Below are positions 36,451 through 45,991 of a stretch of 64,000 bases of DNA, one piece after another. Position numbers and translations under genes: made by a program. Under the pieces are notes generated by a model. The model worked only from the letters and a program-made list of their open reading frames with translations. It did no database searches and was not told the DNA's origin. Source of the stretch: a virus (Duplodnaviria; Caudoviricetes); the IMG/VR virus record IMGVR_UViG_3300037755_000308, positions 3,061 through 67,060 of that record; one strand, given 5' to 3'. The stretch's first letter is position 1; every line of letters starts with the position of its first letter.

Positions 36451-37347
36451 TTAGCCTAGTCTACCCTTTATAGTAAGTTCCCCTTCCGGTGTGATTTCAG
36501 CTAGATCTCCAGTATCAAACACGCCATCAGTCACTCGCAAAGGTTGATCAGCATACTTGAGCGCAAGCCGATCATTCTTGACTATCACAGTTCCTCTAGG
36601 ACCTATTGACACACCGTCAGCCAGAGCTGTCTTTGATACGACAACACCGTTCTGAATGACATGTTTAGTCATGGCCAGAATGCCAGTCTCAGACGCACCA
36701 TAATGATCGTACACAACACGACCAGAGGATAGTAGAATTGATAATTCTTGCTCCTCCATTATTCTACCCATGCATATCACAGGTGCCTTGTCAGTAAGCA
36801 GGCCTCGACGAACGGCTTTTGATAATACGCCAGGATCTCCAACAACGAGATTATAGGTCTCAGGACGATTATCAAATCCATAGTAACACTCAATGCCTTT
36901 CCTAAGAAAGGAAAATCTAGCTGATGCCCAACCCAAAGAACTACGCCAGTTATGAACGTGCCATACAGGACCTTGAATCTCTCCAATCAAGGAAAGCCAA
37001 GCTTCAGATCTTCTAACAAACACGTCCCAAGGCGTTATTGTGCCTTTCGCTGTACCCGTAGTCCCCGATGAAGATATTATAATTCCAGGTACGAGTTCGT
37101 CGGTTACTAGAAATCCGTAAACAGAGCGGCTGTCAATAGGACCAACAGATACGATTTTACCTTCCTGAAACCCCTTAAGAACATCTTCATCATTCTCGGC
37201 TACGACGATGCCTTTGCGCGTCAAAGCATCAGGCATCAAATCCTCAATCGGTATCATATCCCCATCCGGGTGTACAAATCCAGACTCAGGATCCACAGCG
37301 ATTGTATTCAGAAATTTACCGTCCTTCACTAGTGCAAATCTAGCCAT
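36451..37347 (-). CDS. Truncated ANL-superfamily AMP-binding (adenylate-forming) domain protein in the tail module
   Basis: Core motifs A3 SSGTTGTAKG, A5 YGASETG, A7 FDTGDLA and A8 ELTIKGR, then a stop. The N-terminus MARFALVKDGKFLNTIAVD resembles small fibre-associated proteins. Confidence 0.8.
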   Translation of the reverse strand: MARFALVKDGKFLNTIAVDPESGFVHPDGDMIPIEDLMPDALTRKGIVVAENDEDVLKGFQEGKIVSVGPIDSRSVYGFLVTDELVPGIIISSSGTTGTAKGTITPWDVFVRRSEAWLSLIGEIQGPVWHVHNWRSSLGWASARFSFLRKGIECYYGFDNRPETYNLVVGDPGVLSKAVRRGLLTDKAPVICMGRIMEEQELSILLSSGRVVYDHYGASETGILAMTKHVIQNGVVVSKTALADGVSIGPRGTVIVKNDRLALKYADQPLRVTDGVFDTGDLAEITPEGELTIKGRLG

Positions 37348-37358
37348 TGTATCTTCCT

Positions 37359-38252
37359 CTAAGGCGCGGGTGCAACCGGATAGACAATTACATCCACACG
37401 ACCGTCAGCTCCGGAACCAGCCGTCGTTGTTTCACTTGTTCCTCCGCCACCGCCGGGTTGTACTCCATTCTCTCCCACCGCGGCGTTAAAGCCACCATCT
37501 CCCCCGTTACCCGCATTGATACTTATTCCGCCTGTTCCTGCTTGATCAACATCACCGCCGCCACCACCACCGCCTCCCCAGACTGAATCCCCGCCATTTA
37601 GAAATTCAGGATTAGAGTCCTGACTACCAGCGCCACCCCCTCCATGGTCGATTCCATCACCAGGAGGATTAACGGTAGTCCCCCCTGCACCAAGATATAT
37701 GGTCGAAAGTGAAATGATCCTGGGTTGAGCGAGCTGACCTAATGGACCACCAGCATCACCAGATCCTCCCTTCGTAGTGGCGCCCCCACCACCGTAACCC
37801 GTAAGATGTGAACCAAACGTAGTGTCACCGCCATTAGTCTCTGGAGCCCCTCCTCCACCAATCGTAACTGTTTCTGTTGATCCTAGCTCGCTAAGGAGCA
37901 TTCGTCTTTTAGATGAGCCGCCCCCTCCACCTCCTTTGCCTGAGCTCCCAGACGCAGTCTCACCGCCACCACCTGCACCAACCGCATAGATCTCGACAAT
38001 GCTGTTAGGACCAAAAGATTCATCCGTAGGCTTGTTCCACGTGCCGGAAGAATTGAATCTCTGAAAGTCAACTGCTCCTCCACCACCACTTGCAGGGTCT
38101 TCCCAAGTGGGTTGTTCACCTGCACCAGCACTAGTTAGAATTTGGCCTGTCTCACCTGGATCATCATCCGCAGTGATAACTGCTTTGACTTCTTCAACTG
38201 TACCGAAATCCCATCTGACTATATTACCATCTATAGGAACACGTCCTACCAT
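37359..38252 (-). CDS. Glycine-rich tail fibre / receptor-binding protein
   Basis: FNSSGTWNKP, VGAGGGG, TVTIGGGG, GGDTTFG, GGGGGG and GADGRV.V.VY motifs of the Gly-rich phage fibre domain. Confidence 0.8.
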   Translation of the reverse strand: MVGRVPIDGNIVRWDFGTVEEVKAVITADDDPGETGQILTSAGAGEQPTWEDPASGGGGAVDFQRFNSSGTWNKPTDESFGPNSIVEIYAVGAGGGGETASGSSGKGGGGGGSSKRRMLLSELGSTETVTIGGGGAPETNGGDTTFGSHLTGYGGGGATTKGGSGDAGGPLGQLAQPRIISLSTIYLGAGGTTVNPPGDGIDHGGGGAGSQDSNPEFLNGGDSVWGGGGGGGGDVDQAGTGGISINAGNGGDGGFNAAVGENGVQPGGGGGTSETTTAGSGADGRVDVIVYPVAPAP

Positions 38253-38273
38253 TGTACTGCTCCGTCAATTAAA

Positions 38274-41042
38274 TTAGAAGGGGGCGAAGATGCCCTCACT
38301 ATCTGGATCTACTAGTTGTTCACCATCAGGATCGATAATAGGAACACGTATGGACTCATCTACTAGAGTTAGTGCCGCTGTATAGTCGCTCAACGGATCA
38401 ATTCCTAAAACTAGCATACGTTTCTCAACACCGGATAGAGGTCCGCAAGCAACTAGACAGTGCTCTTCCAAATTATCGTCAACAGGAATAGTGAACGGTG
38501 TTGCGAATGTTATTGTGTCTGTGTCTACTTCCTCATCGATCTCTTCAGTTATAGTCGTTCCATCTTTGAGTTGTATCACAACTCCTGCAGGATAATCTGA
38601 TGGATCTCCTAGTGAGCCAATTAAGGATAGACGTAGAGGCGCGTCCAGTGTAAGACCTGTGACATCTCCTCCAGAGGTTTGCACTGACACAACTCTAGCT
38701 GCATCATAGTGACGCGCTAGAGTATCGTATACCAACGCTACTAGAGACCCTTTGACACAGTACAAATTCTCAATGTCAACTTCGTGGCTGTATAGACGTC
38801 CTCTCTGAAGTAGTTGACCCAAGTCCAGATAAGCTCGATCAATTACTTGTGACGTATTAGTTATGCCTAGATAGGATATAGCTTCAATATTCAATGGTAC
38901 AGTGGACAAAGCCTTACGATAAACAAAGATCTCTTCAGGTTCGTAATCATTGTCCTCGTTATTGAATCTTACACGAAGTCCATCAGGGATACGAGGAAAC
39001 GCCCTTCTGATAGTGAGACCACGAGCATTACGTTGTGTGAACAACTGTATAGGAGATTCAGCACTACGGTCTCTATCAATAACTACCCCTATCTTGTCTG
39101 ACATACGTACTGCAGCTCTACCACATGCACCTACTATGCGAAGTACTTCACCAATGCTTCTGCTTGTATTAAAGAATGCATTGCATTCATAGACTCGTTC
39201 ATCAACACTACCTTCACAAAAATCAAACCAGTCTGTTAGACTGTCATCATCGAGTTGTGCCTCAATAAATGTAGCTCTAGCACTCTGTCCACCAAGAGCA
39301 AGAAATCTCCACCATGCAGCAGGATTGTTAGTGGGTTCGAAAGTATCCCAATCATTACCATCCCAAGTATTTGCATATCCCGTTGCAATAGTTGTTAATG
39401 AGTTAATAGCAATATTCTTAGCCTTAATTGCAATCAGAGATAGACCAGTTTCCTTTAGAGGTGGTTCATCCCATACACTCGATATGGATTGCAACCCTAT
39501 TTGAGTGGCAAGCTTTGCCTGCTCCTGTCTAATAGCAGGAGGAGATGAAGCTGGTATATGTGAAAAGAAGTACGGAATCTCAGTCAAGTACGTATATGCA
39601 GAAGGAATAAAATCACTCACAATGTATCCATACCCACGCTTAACCTGTATATCATAAGTACCCAGAGGGAACACTTCTGGGTCTAAGAAGATAACAGCTA
39701 CACCATCTTCAGACGATACATTATCAGCATTGTTACCTGATTCTAAATCGAAGTATTCATCTACCTCGAATAATTCGTCATTGTCTGTATCCGTAAGATA
39801 TAAAGCATGACTCCATGGTGGAACAGTTACATCTTGATCAAGTCGGGTTAGTGCCGGACCAGCAGCTTGAAATCTTAACTTAATCATACCACGGAAAGCT
39901 TCAAGACGTTCTCTCTGAACGTGAAACTCAGGTAGGTTAATCCATGTTATCTCACCAGCACGACGTATACGAATACGAAGTGGTGTACCAGCTCGAGCAG
40001 TACCTTCATCAGTCTGTGCGACTAGAGCCGACCATCCAAACTGCAACCATATCTCATCAGGTACTGTGCGACTACGTACACCATGCCACCTCGGATATGA
40101 AAGAGAAGGAGTTGTTAAATTTTGCAGCTCGTCCGTAGCATCGTCATTAATTTTATGCGCTGAAACTGCAATACCTGCTTGATTCTCATACACCTGTTGA
40201 GTTATAAGAGTGACTGGGGTGTCATCGTTAACAACATCTCTGACTTCAAATTCAATCTCATCTGCGTCGAAGTCTCCAATAGGAGCATTGTTGACACGTA
40301 TGTCATTGAAATCATGTGCCCCATTCAGTCCGACAATAGCGTACACAAACTGGTCATCGTTAACACTCTCAGTCCAAGGTAATATTAGATGTGGTGGTGA
40401 GACACGGTGAGTACCTGCTACAAAGGGGATTGCACCAAATGGTTCAAGTACATTGCCCTGAATCGAAGCAGCTCCCAGTTCTGCCTTCTTACCTCCATCT
40501 TCTTCTTGTGTCTGTGTGTCAGCTGCAGTAGGCGCTAGTGCGTTGAGTGCTAAAGCACCAACAACCGATACGCCAGCAGCTAAGAGTGCAGCAGAAGTCG
40601 AGCCGGCAGCAAATAGTGTGCCAGATATTGATAATGCACCTGCCGGCCCAAGGATGCCCCCACTAATAGCAGTTACTGCAACGACCAGTGCAATGGCAGC
40701 AATTGTAGTGAAGATGTTCTTGCCACCTCCACCACCACCTCCAGCTAGCTTGACACCCACATAAATAAGATGACGTGTACCTGGTTTGGGTTTAACACGA
40801 GACCACCATTCTCGAGGAACTTCAATGCCTCCTACTTGCACAACTCCATGTGTCCAAATTTCAGGAGGCAGATCAGGAATGTCACCTAAGATGTCAGCTA
40901 TAGACTGTCCAGGCCGAGCATGATATTCTGAAGTAGCTAACTTAAAGGGCGATGGGCGCAATATAACGGGCATAGCCAGAGGTGTGACCAATAATGGTTG
41001 GAGTTCAATATTGTTGGTAGTAGTCACACGATCTTTAAGCAT
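38274..41042 (-). CDS. Tail tip / central host-specificity protein (lambda J-like)
   Basis: 922 aa. GGGGK...AAIALV, N...PFGAIPFVAGTHR.SPP, TNNPAAW, LDD..L.DW..FC and PDGLRVRF.N...Y. Confidence 0.82.
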   Translation of the reverse strand: MLKDRVTTTNNIELQPLLVTPLAMPVILRPSPFKLATSEYHARPGQSIADILGDIPDLPPEIWTHGVVQVGGIEVPREWWSRVKPKPGTRHLIYVGVKLAGGGGGGGKNIFTTIAAIALVVAVTAISGGILGPAGALSISGTLFAAGSTSAALLAAGVSVVGALALNALAPTAADTQTQEEDGGKKAELGAASIQGNVLEPFGAIPFVAGTHRVSPPHLILPWTESVNDDQFVYAIVGLNGAHDFNDIRVNNAPIGDFDADEIEFEVRDVVNDDTPVTLITQQVYENQAGIAVSAHKINDDATDELQNLTTPSLSYPRWHGVRSRTVPDEIWLQFGWSALVAQTDEGTARAGTPLRIRIRRAGEITWINLPEFHVQRERLEAFRGMIKLRFQAAGPALTRLDQDVTVPPWSHALYLTDTDNDELFEVDEYFDLESGNNADNVSSEDGVAVIFLDPEVFPLGTYDIQVKRGYGYIVSDFIPSAYTYLTEIPYFFSHIPASSPPAIRQEQAKLATQIGLQSISSVWDEPPLKETGLSLIAIKAKNIAINSLTTIATGYANTWDGNDWDTFEPTNNPAAWWRFLALGGQSARATFIEAQLDDDSLTDWFDFCEGSVDERVYECNAFFNTSRSIGEVLRIVGACGRAAVRMSDKIGVVIDRDRSAESPIQLFTQRNARGLTIRRAFPRIPDGLRVRFNNEDNDYEPEEIFVYRKALSTVPLNIEAISYLGITNTSQVIDRAYLDLGQLLQRGRLYSHEVDIENLYCVKGSLVALVYDTLARHYDAARVVSVQTSGGDVTGLTLDAPLRLSLIGSLGDPSDYPAGVVIQLKDGTTITEEIDEEVDTDTITFATPFTIPVDDNLEEHCLVACGPLSGVEKRMLVLGIDPLSDYTAALTLVDESIRVPIIDPDGEQLVDPDSEGIFAPF

Positions 41043-41054
41043 GCAAAGTACATC

Positions 41055-41531
41055 CTATACTATATCATTATTGTATCTGTACCTGTAGAACCCTACCACC
41101 CTATGTTTGACTCTGGGATGGTTTCTGTAATCCACAACTGAGACTTCACTTCCCAGTTCTATATGAATTAGCATTCCAGGTTTTACTACACATCCTATAT
41201 GAATAGGACGTGAGTACTTACTCCCCTCATGCTCGATCTGTCCTTTCATTAGAACAACATCAAAAGCACGTTCATCACCTTTAGTAATTTCTTCCCATTG
41301 CTCGCTTAAAGCTGCCCCTCCGATAGCTTTGAGCTTCTGGAGATTTGCACCTTCTTCAACTTCAGAGTAAGTAGGTAGTTCTATATTCTGTTGTTCTAAT
41401 AGAATAAGACGAACTAGTCCCCAGCAATCACATCCATGATAATCGCACCCCCGCTCCTTAAACGGGATATACAAATAAATAGCAGGCCATGGTGGATTCG
41501 CATACCGCTGTTGATGTCGTGGCTGTCTCAT
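41055..41531 (-). CDS. NlpC/P60-family tail protein (lambda K-like)
   Basis: GCDCWGLV and HIGC...LIH catalytic pattern. Confidence 0.85.
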   Translation of the reverse strand: MRQPRHQQRYANPPWPAIYLYIPFKERGCDYHGCDCWGLVRLILLEQQNIELPTYSEVEEGANLQKLKAIGGAALSEQWEEITKGDERAFDVVLMKGQIEHEGSKYSRPIHIGCVVKPGMLIHIELGSEVSVVDYRNHPRVKHRVVGFYRYRYNNDIV

Positions 41532-42019
41532 CTAAAGAACACCGGTGAGATTCGCGTTGATAATACCCTTCCTGGACATGGCTCAATAGCTTGACCTCTG
41601 ATCACAATTGTGCCTGTAACCATCATAGCGTCAACCACGACATCTACCAATTCTAAGTTGACAGCCTCGTACTCGATAACATTAGGTGTCTCGCGCATGA
41701 CAATCTGTAAAGTGATTGTTACAGCATCATCAGGTAGATCAAGTAGTGCAGTACCAATACGATCATCCACATTCTGAATGCGAACTGTAGCTCTAGGCTC
41801 ACTCTCATCATCCGTCAGTAAAGTAACATCGAATGGAAAAGTAATGAATGTATTACCATTCGAAACTATATCCGCAAACTCTGTAGGATCCCCCGATACG
41901 AAACGAAATGGTGTATCAAACTGTGCGTGATCCACCGTAAGCAGAGCTCTGATATCCTTGTCACGCCAAGGAGTAAAGAGTTGCCTTTTCAGATTAGCAG
42001 ATATATCACGTGAGGTCAT
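41528..42019 (-). CDS. Minor tail protein (DUF1833-like)
   Basis: F..FPF.V.L.TD.E.EP.A...I.NVD; located between the distal tail and NlpC genes. Confidence 0.75.
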   Translation of the reverse strand: MTSRDISANLKRQLFTPWRDKDIRALLTVDHAQFDTPFRFVSGDPTEFADIVSNGNTFITFPFDVTLLTDDESEPRATVRIQNVDDRIGTALLDLPDDAVTITLQIVMRETPNVIEYEAVNLELVDVVVDAMMVTGTIVIRGQAIEPCPGRVLSTRISPVFFR

Positions 42020-42040
42020 AGTTTATGCCTGTGCCTGTGC

Positions 42041-42394
42041 CTATGCAAGCCTCATTAGAGTAAACTCAGCCAACCATGGTCGAGGACCAACGCCTGCAGC
42101 GAATCTGATACCACCCATGAACTTGACAGTTACTGTTGACAAGCTAACAGGGTCTGTTATATCAAATGGTAAACTACCTGTCGCACAGTCATCCTTCCAG
42201 AAGTTAAATAGAATAACCCTCTGTGCATTAGTTAAGAGTTGAGTCCAAGGAACCGTAACCTTAACCATTGCAGATCTTGGCCAAGTACTTGGTAGTCCAA
42301 CGTCAGGTTCAAATGAAGCATTGAAGTCTTCATACTGTTCATTAAACCCAGATAGTAGTGGACTGGTGGGTAATGTTGCGGGCCAATCGGGCAT
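42041..42394 (-). CDS. Distal tail protein
   Basis: WP..LP...GF...LT.AQ...L..FW...G.LPF...DP; follows the tape measure gene. Confidence 0.7.
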   Translation of the reverse strand: MPDWPATLPTSPLLSGFNEQYEDFNASFEPDVGLPSTWPRSAMVKVTVPWTQLLTNAQRVILFNFWKDDCATGSLPFDITDPVSLSTVTVKFMGGIRFAAGVGPRPWLAEFTLMRLA

Positions 42395-42396
42395 AG

Positions 42397-45222
42397 CTAT
42401 ACCCTCCTTCTAGTAGGTGACAGCCCAAACCTAGTCAGAGGTCCATCAAATCCTCCACTGGCTACACTCTCCTTAACTGTACCAATAAGTAGCTTGACAA
42501 TCTCTCTATTACCAGACTTTGAACGTTCTTCCCTTACAGGAGCACCAGTGTAATTGAAGATCTGAACCTGTGTCTGTGAACCGCTACCACCTCCACCAAC
42601 TGCTCTGACTCCAAGGTCTCCACTTGATGAGCGTACTAGAGGCATGACTGCTTCTGTACCAGCTTCTCCACCAATAGCAGGACCGCTTGAAGTTCTAAAC
42701 AGTGTTGGCTTGTTGAGAATATCACCTTGAGCCATAAAGCGTACACCGTTATTGAATGCACCTCCCTTAGCAAATCCAGGACCACCAAAGCTAAGAGAGG
42801 GTAGTGGAGTAGCACCTCCAAATAGGGAATTCATAATTGGGTTGATAACAGCAAGGCGTAATATCTGCTGGATGATCTGACTTGCCATATCCTTGACAAT
42901 GTCAACAAAGGCATCAGCTTCTAACTTGCCGTTGACCAATGCATCTGCAAGTGCTTTGCCAGTAGAGTTGAAAGCTTCTACCATAGTGTCTCTAAGACCT
43001 GTAGCTAGTTGCTGCAGACCAGCAAACACACCTTCAGAGATCTTACGGTTATGTTCCAAAGCAAATGAATACTGATCGATCTTGACTTTGATAATATCAG
43101 CTGCAACACCAGCATCTGTTAGTCGGTCTTTCATAGCCGAGATCTTCTTATTGAACTCCTCTTGCTTTTCAAAGGCTGCAAACACTGCAGGGCCTTGCAT
43201 CATAGCTGCATTAGCACGAAGTAATCCGTCAATAGCTTGAGTAGCCTCACGAATGGCTTTTGCAGCTCGGTCATTCTCATCGCCGTCAAGAATACCACCA
43301 GGAGCGATAGGTGTCTCTCTGATCTTCTTCAACTTCTCAAGACGATCTGTCTGTTCACTGATAGACGCATTCATCTCGTCGATCTGGTTCTTGAAACCTT
43401 GCTCGACACTTGTCATACGAAGGCCAACACCACTTTCCTTTGACTCACTACCTGGATCAATCTGCACAAGGAACTTCTGTGTGTTCTCATGCATTAACCT
43501 AAGCGCATCATTATTTCTAATCTGCTCCAGGTACAATATCTGATAGGCTCTCAGTGCAGACTTAGTAGCAGCGATCTCATGTTGCATTGCTGCAATTTTG
43601 AGTTCAGCTGCTTTGACAAAGTCATTAGCAGTAGAACTGACAGTCTTGCCTAATTGCTCTTGTGACTCAATGAGTGCGTCTGACTTCTCTTTCATCTCAT
43701 CTTCTGCAGTAGCAGCTTCCGCTACAGAAGAACCAAACAACTTGACAGCTAGTGTTGCACCACCAATAATTGCAACTAGGCGTATAGCAACCGATAGAAC
43801 ACCAAGGAACGGATTAGCTGCCATTGCAACATTAAGACCAATGAATGCAATTGCAGCTGTCCTAATTGCAGCTGTCAAAGAGATGAACATGCGTATGAGT
43901 GACGGCAGTGCTAGTAATGAAAGTCCACCAGCTAGCCCACCAATGATAGCTGACACAACTAGAATGTTCTCACCAAGTGACCGTATCACACTAGTTAGAG
44001 CTTCAACACCAGACTTGAATGCAGCTGAAATACCAAATGCTCTATCAAACTCAGTATTGAAGATCGTATAGGAGTTTGTCAGGCGATTGACAGACGCTCT
44101 CAACGAATCAACGGCGTCCCCAGCATCTCCTGCCAATCTCTTTCTGACCTGTTGTGAGAAGGGTAGTAAGAACTGTTCAGATGCAACTTTGCCTCTCTTC
44201 AGTAGTTTGTTGAACTCTGCAGTTGTGACACCCATTGCATCTGCAGCGGCTTTAAAGGCACCAGGTAGACGATCACCAAGTTGCTGACGAATTTCTTCTG
44301 CAGCGACCGTGCCTTTCGACATGATCTGTTCAAGTGCTCTGAACACACCTTCAGCTGAGACTGCATCCAACTGGAAGTTACCAATTGCATGAGCCATATT
44401 CTCGAAGATCTCTCGAGCCTTGTCACCCTCTAGTGATGTTCCTTGTGCAGCGGCTTGGAACCGGGTGAACTGGTCTGCCAGAGTAACAAACTCAATGCCT
44501 GTTACATCAGCTAACCTTTGCAGGTTGTTAAATTCAATCTCAGCAAGTTCAACTGCACCAGTTGTTGACTTTAATCGAGCTTCAATACGTTGAATGTCAA
44601 AAGCCGTTTTAACTGCTGCTGTTGACAGTTTTGTTACGACAAGACCAGCAGCAATAACACCACCAATAAAGGCAGCAAGTGCTACACCTGATCTATTAGC
44701 AACTGCACCAAGTGCTGCCACCCTAGCACCGACACCAGACAGAGGACCTACAGCGAGTACCGAAGCTGAAGCCATATCACGGAGGAATTCACCAAAAGCT
44801 GTGTGCCCTTGTCTCCGCTGTGCTTCTGCTGCCCGCAACGCTTGTATGCGCCTCTGAACGGTAGACATGCTAGCACCGAACGCCTCGTTGGCTCTTTGGT
44901 ATGCTAGAGTTGTCCGCTGCCCCATAGTCATCTGTTGGCTCAGACGATTAAAGGCTCTGGTTGTTCTGTCAATAAGTTGTGCTTGCTCATTACCACCAGC
45001 AGTTCTGCGGATCATTTCGTTGACACGCAGTGTAGCTTGTAATGCGCGAACAGAAGCAGCTTCCTGACGTCGCATAGCAGCTTCGTGACGTCTAGCATTG
45101 TTACCAGTGGCTTGAGCTGCTCTGTCAACAGCTTGTCCAAATCGAACTACACGACTAGTAGCTTCTTGAAGCCGACGAGTGTCAACACCTAACCCAAATT
45201 GTACTTGTCCTAGATTAAGCAT
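42397..45222 (-). CDS. Tail tape measure protein
   Basis: 941 aa, Ala-rich helical. Tape-measure core ALEQIMSKGTVAAEEIRQQLGDRLPGA and C-terminal GGAF...GEAG.EA.MPL. Confidence 0.92.
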   Translation of the reverse strand: MLNLGQVQFGLGVDTRRLQEATSRVVRFGQAVDRAAQATGNNARRHEAAMRRQEAASVRALQATLRVNEMIRRTAGGNEQAQLIDRTTRAFNRLSQQMTMGQRTTLAYQRANEAFGASMSTVQRRIQALRAAEAQRRQGHTAFGEFLRDMASASVLAVGPLSGVGARVAALGAVANRSGVALAAFIGGVIAAGLVVTKLSTAAVKTAFDIQRIEARLKSTTGAVELAEIEFNNLQRLADVTGIEFVTLADQFTRFQAAAQGTSLEGDKAREIFENMAHAIGNFQLDAVSAEGVFRALEQIMSKGTVAAEEIRQQLGDRLPGAFKAAADAMGVTTAEFNKLLKRGKVASEQFLLPFSQQVRKRLAGDAGDAVDSLRASVNRLTNSYTIFNTEFDRAFGISAAFKSGVEALTSVIRSLGENILVVSAIIGGLAGGLSLLALPSLIRMFISLTAAIRTAAIAFIGLNVAMAANPFLGVLSVAIRLVAIIGGATLAVKLFGSSVAEAATAEDEMKEKSDALIESQEQLGKTVSSTANDFVKAAELKIAAMQHEIAATKSALRAYQILYLEQIRNNDALRLMHENTQKFLVQIDPGSESKESGVGLRMTSVEQGFKNQIDEMNASISEQTDRLEKLKKIRETPIAPGGILDGDENDRAAKAIREATQAIDGLLRANAAMMQGPAVFAAFEKQEEFNKKISAMKDRLTDAGVAADIIKVKIDQYSFALEHNRKISEGVFAGLQQLATGLRDTMVEAFNSTGKALADALVNGKLEADAFVDIVKDMASQIIQQILRLAVINPIMNSLFGGATPLPSLSFGGPGFAKGGAFNNGVRFMAQGDILNKPTLFRTSSGPAIGGEAGTEAVMPLVRSSSGDLGVRAVGGGGSGSQTQVQIFNYTGAPVREERSKSGNREIVKLLIGTVKESVASGGFDGPLTRFGLSPTRRRV

Positions 45223-45246
45223 AACTACAACTCGCCTTGTGCTACC

Positions 45247-45839
45247 TTATTTTCTGCGTCCGCGTCCGGGTTTAGCTGATGGTGCTCTTCTACCTTTACT
45301 ACTACTGCCACCAGGTAGTGATCTGATCTTACTTCCGCTACTTGCTTCTTTCTGAACTTTTGCTTTGTACCTGAAGTATGCTAGTAGTCTGCAATACTCC
45401 TCTTTGGATAAGGCCAAAACTTCGTGTTCAAACTTCCCCAGTTCGTTGCATACGAACAGTAAATCTAGGAGACCTGGCCACTCACGAAGTTTTTTGCCTG
45501 TTCCACAATTTCAGTTTCAATACCTGTCAGATCACCGATAGCAGTTTGAAGTCTCTGCAGATCAGGACCGAATGGGAGTTGTAGAATAGAACTGGCATCA
45601 GCTTCTTCAAACACAGGCGTGTTTGTACCAGGTACAAAGATATAGCGGATGATTGTCTCTGCCATACTCTGACCTGTATCATCAGCACGTTGCATACTGA
45701 GAATAACACCCAGAGGTGGTTGGACCAGTTCAACTTCTTGTCCAAAGAGAGTCAATGCTCTGCGATCTGGTTTTGCTCCCAAGATAGCATTGCGGATGTC
45801 TTTTCGACGCTGTTGTAGTTCTGCTTTCGGGTCGCTCAT
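45247..45839 (-). CDS. Tail assembly chaperone -1 frameshift product (gpGT-like)
   Basis: Slippery A-AAA-AAC at 45489-45495 in the correct phase. The -1 frame stays open to the TAA at 45247 (KLREWPGLLDLLFVCNELGKFEHEVLALSKEEYCRLLAYFRYK...). Confidence 0.82.
45465..45839 (-). CDS. Tail assembly chaperone (gpG-like)
   Basis: 124 aa between the major tail and tape measure genes. RBS AAGGAGG. Confidence 0.85.
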   Translation of the reverse strand: MSDPKAELQQRRKDIRNAILGAKPDRRALTLFGQEVELVQPPLGVILSMQRADDTGQSMAETIIRYIFVPGTNTPVFEEADASSILQLPFGPDLQRLQTAIGDLTGIETEIVEQAKNFVSGQVS

Positions 45840-45903
45840 AATTGCCTCCTTAGGGCGTAGTGTGCACGTGTGTACGTGTGTGCGTGTATGCGTGCGTCTA
45901 TAA

Positions 45904-45939
45904 ACTAGCCGGTCCTCTATGATAAAGGAACCGGCTGGT
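45904..45939 (-). terminator. Hairpin downstream of the major tail gene
   Basis: ACTAGCCGGTCC / GGAACCGGCTGGT inverted repeat. Confidence 0.55.
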
Positions 45940-45991
45940 CAATGTGAATTAGCAATAACCGGTAAGCTGGTAGACCGGTAGTCTCTCATCC

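Noticed and set aside
43237-44857. Several long + strand ORFs opposite the tape measure and other structural genes
   Set aside because: These are shadow ORFs from the codon bias of Ala-rich - strand genes, with no RBS or motifs.
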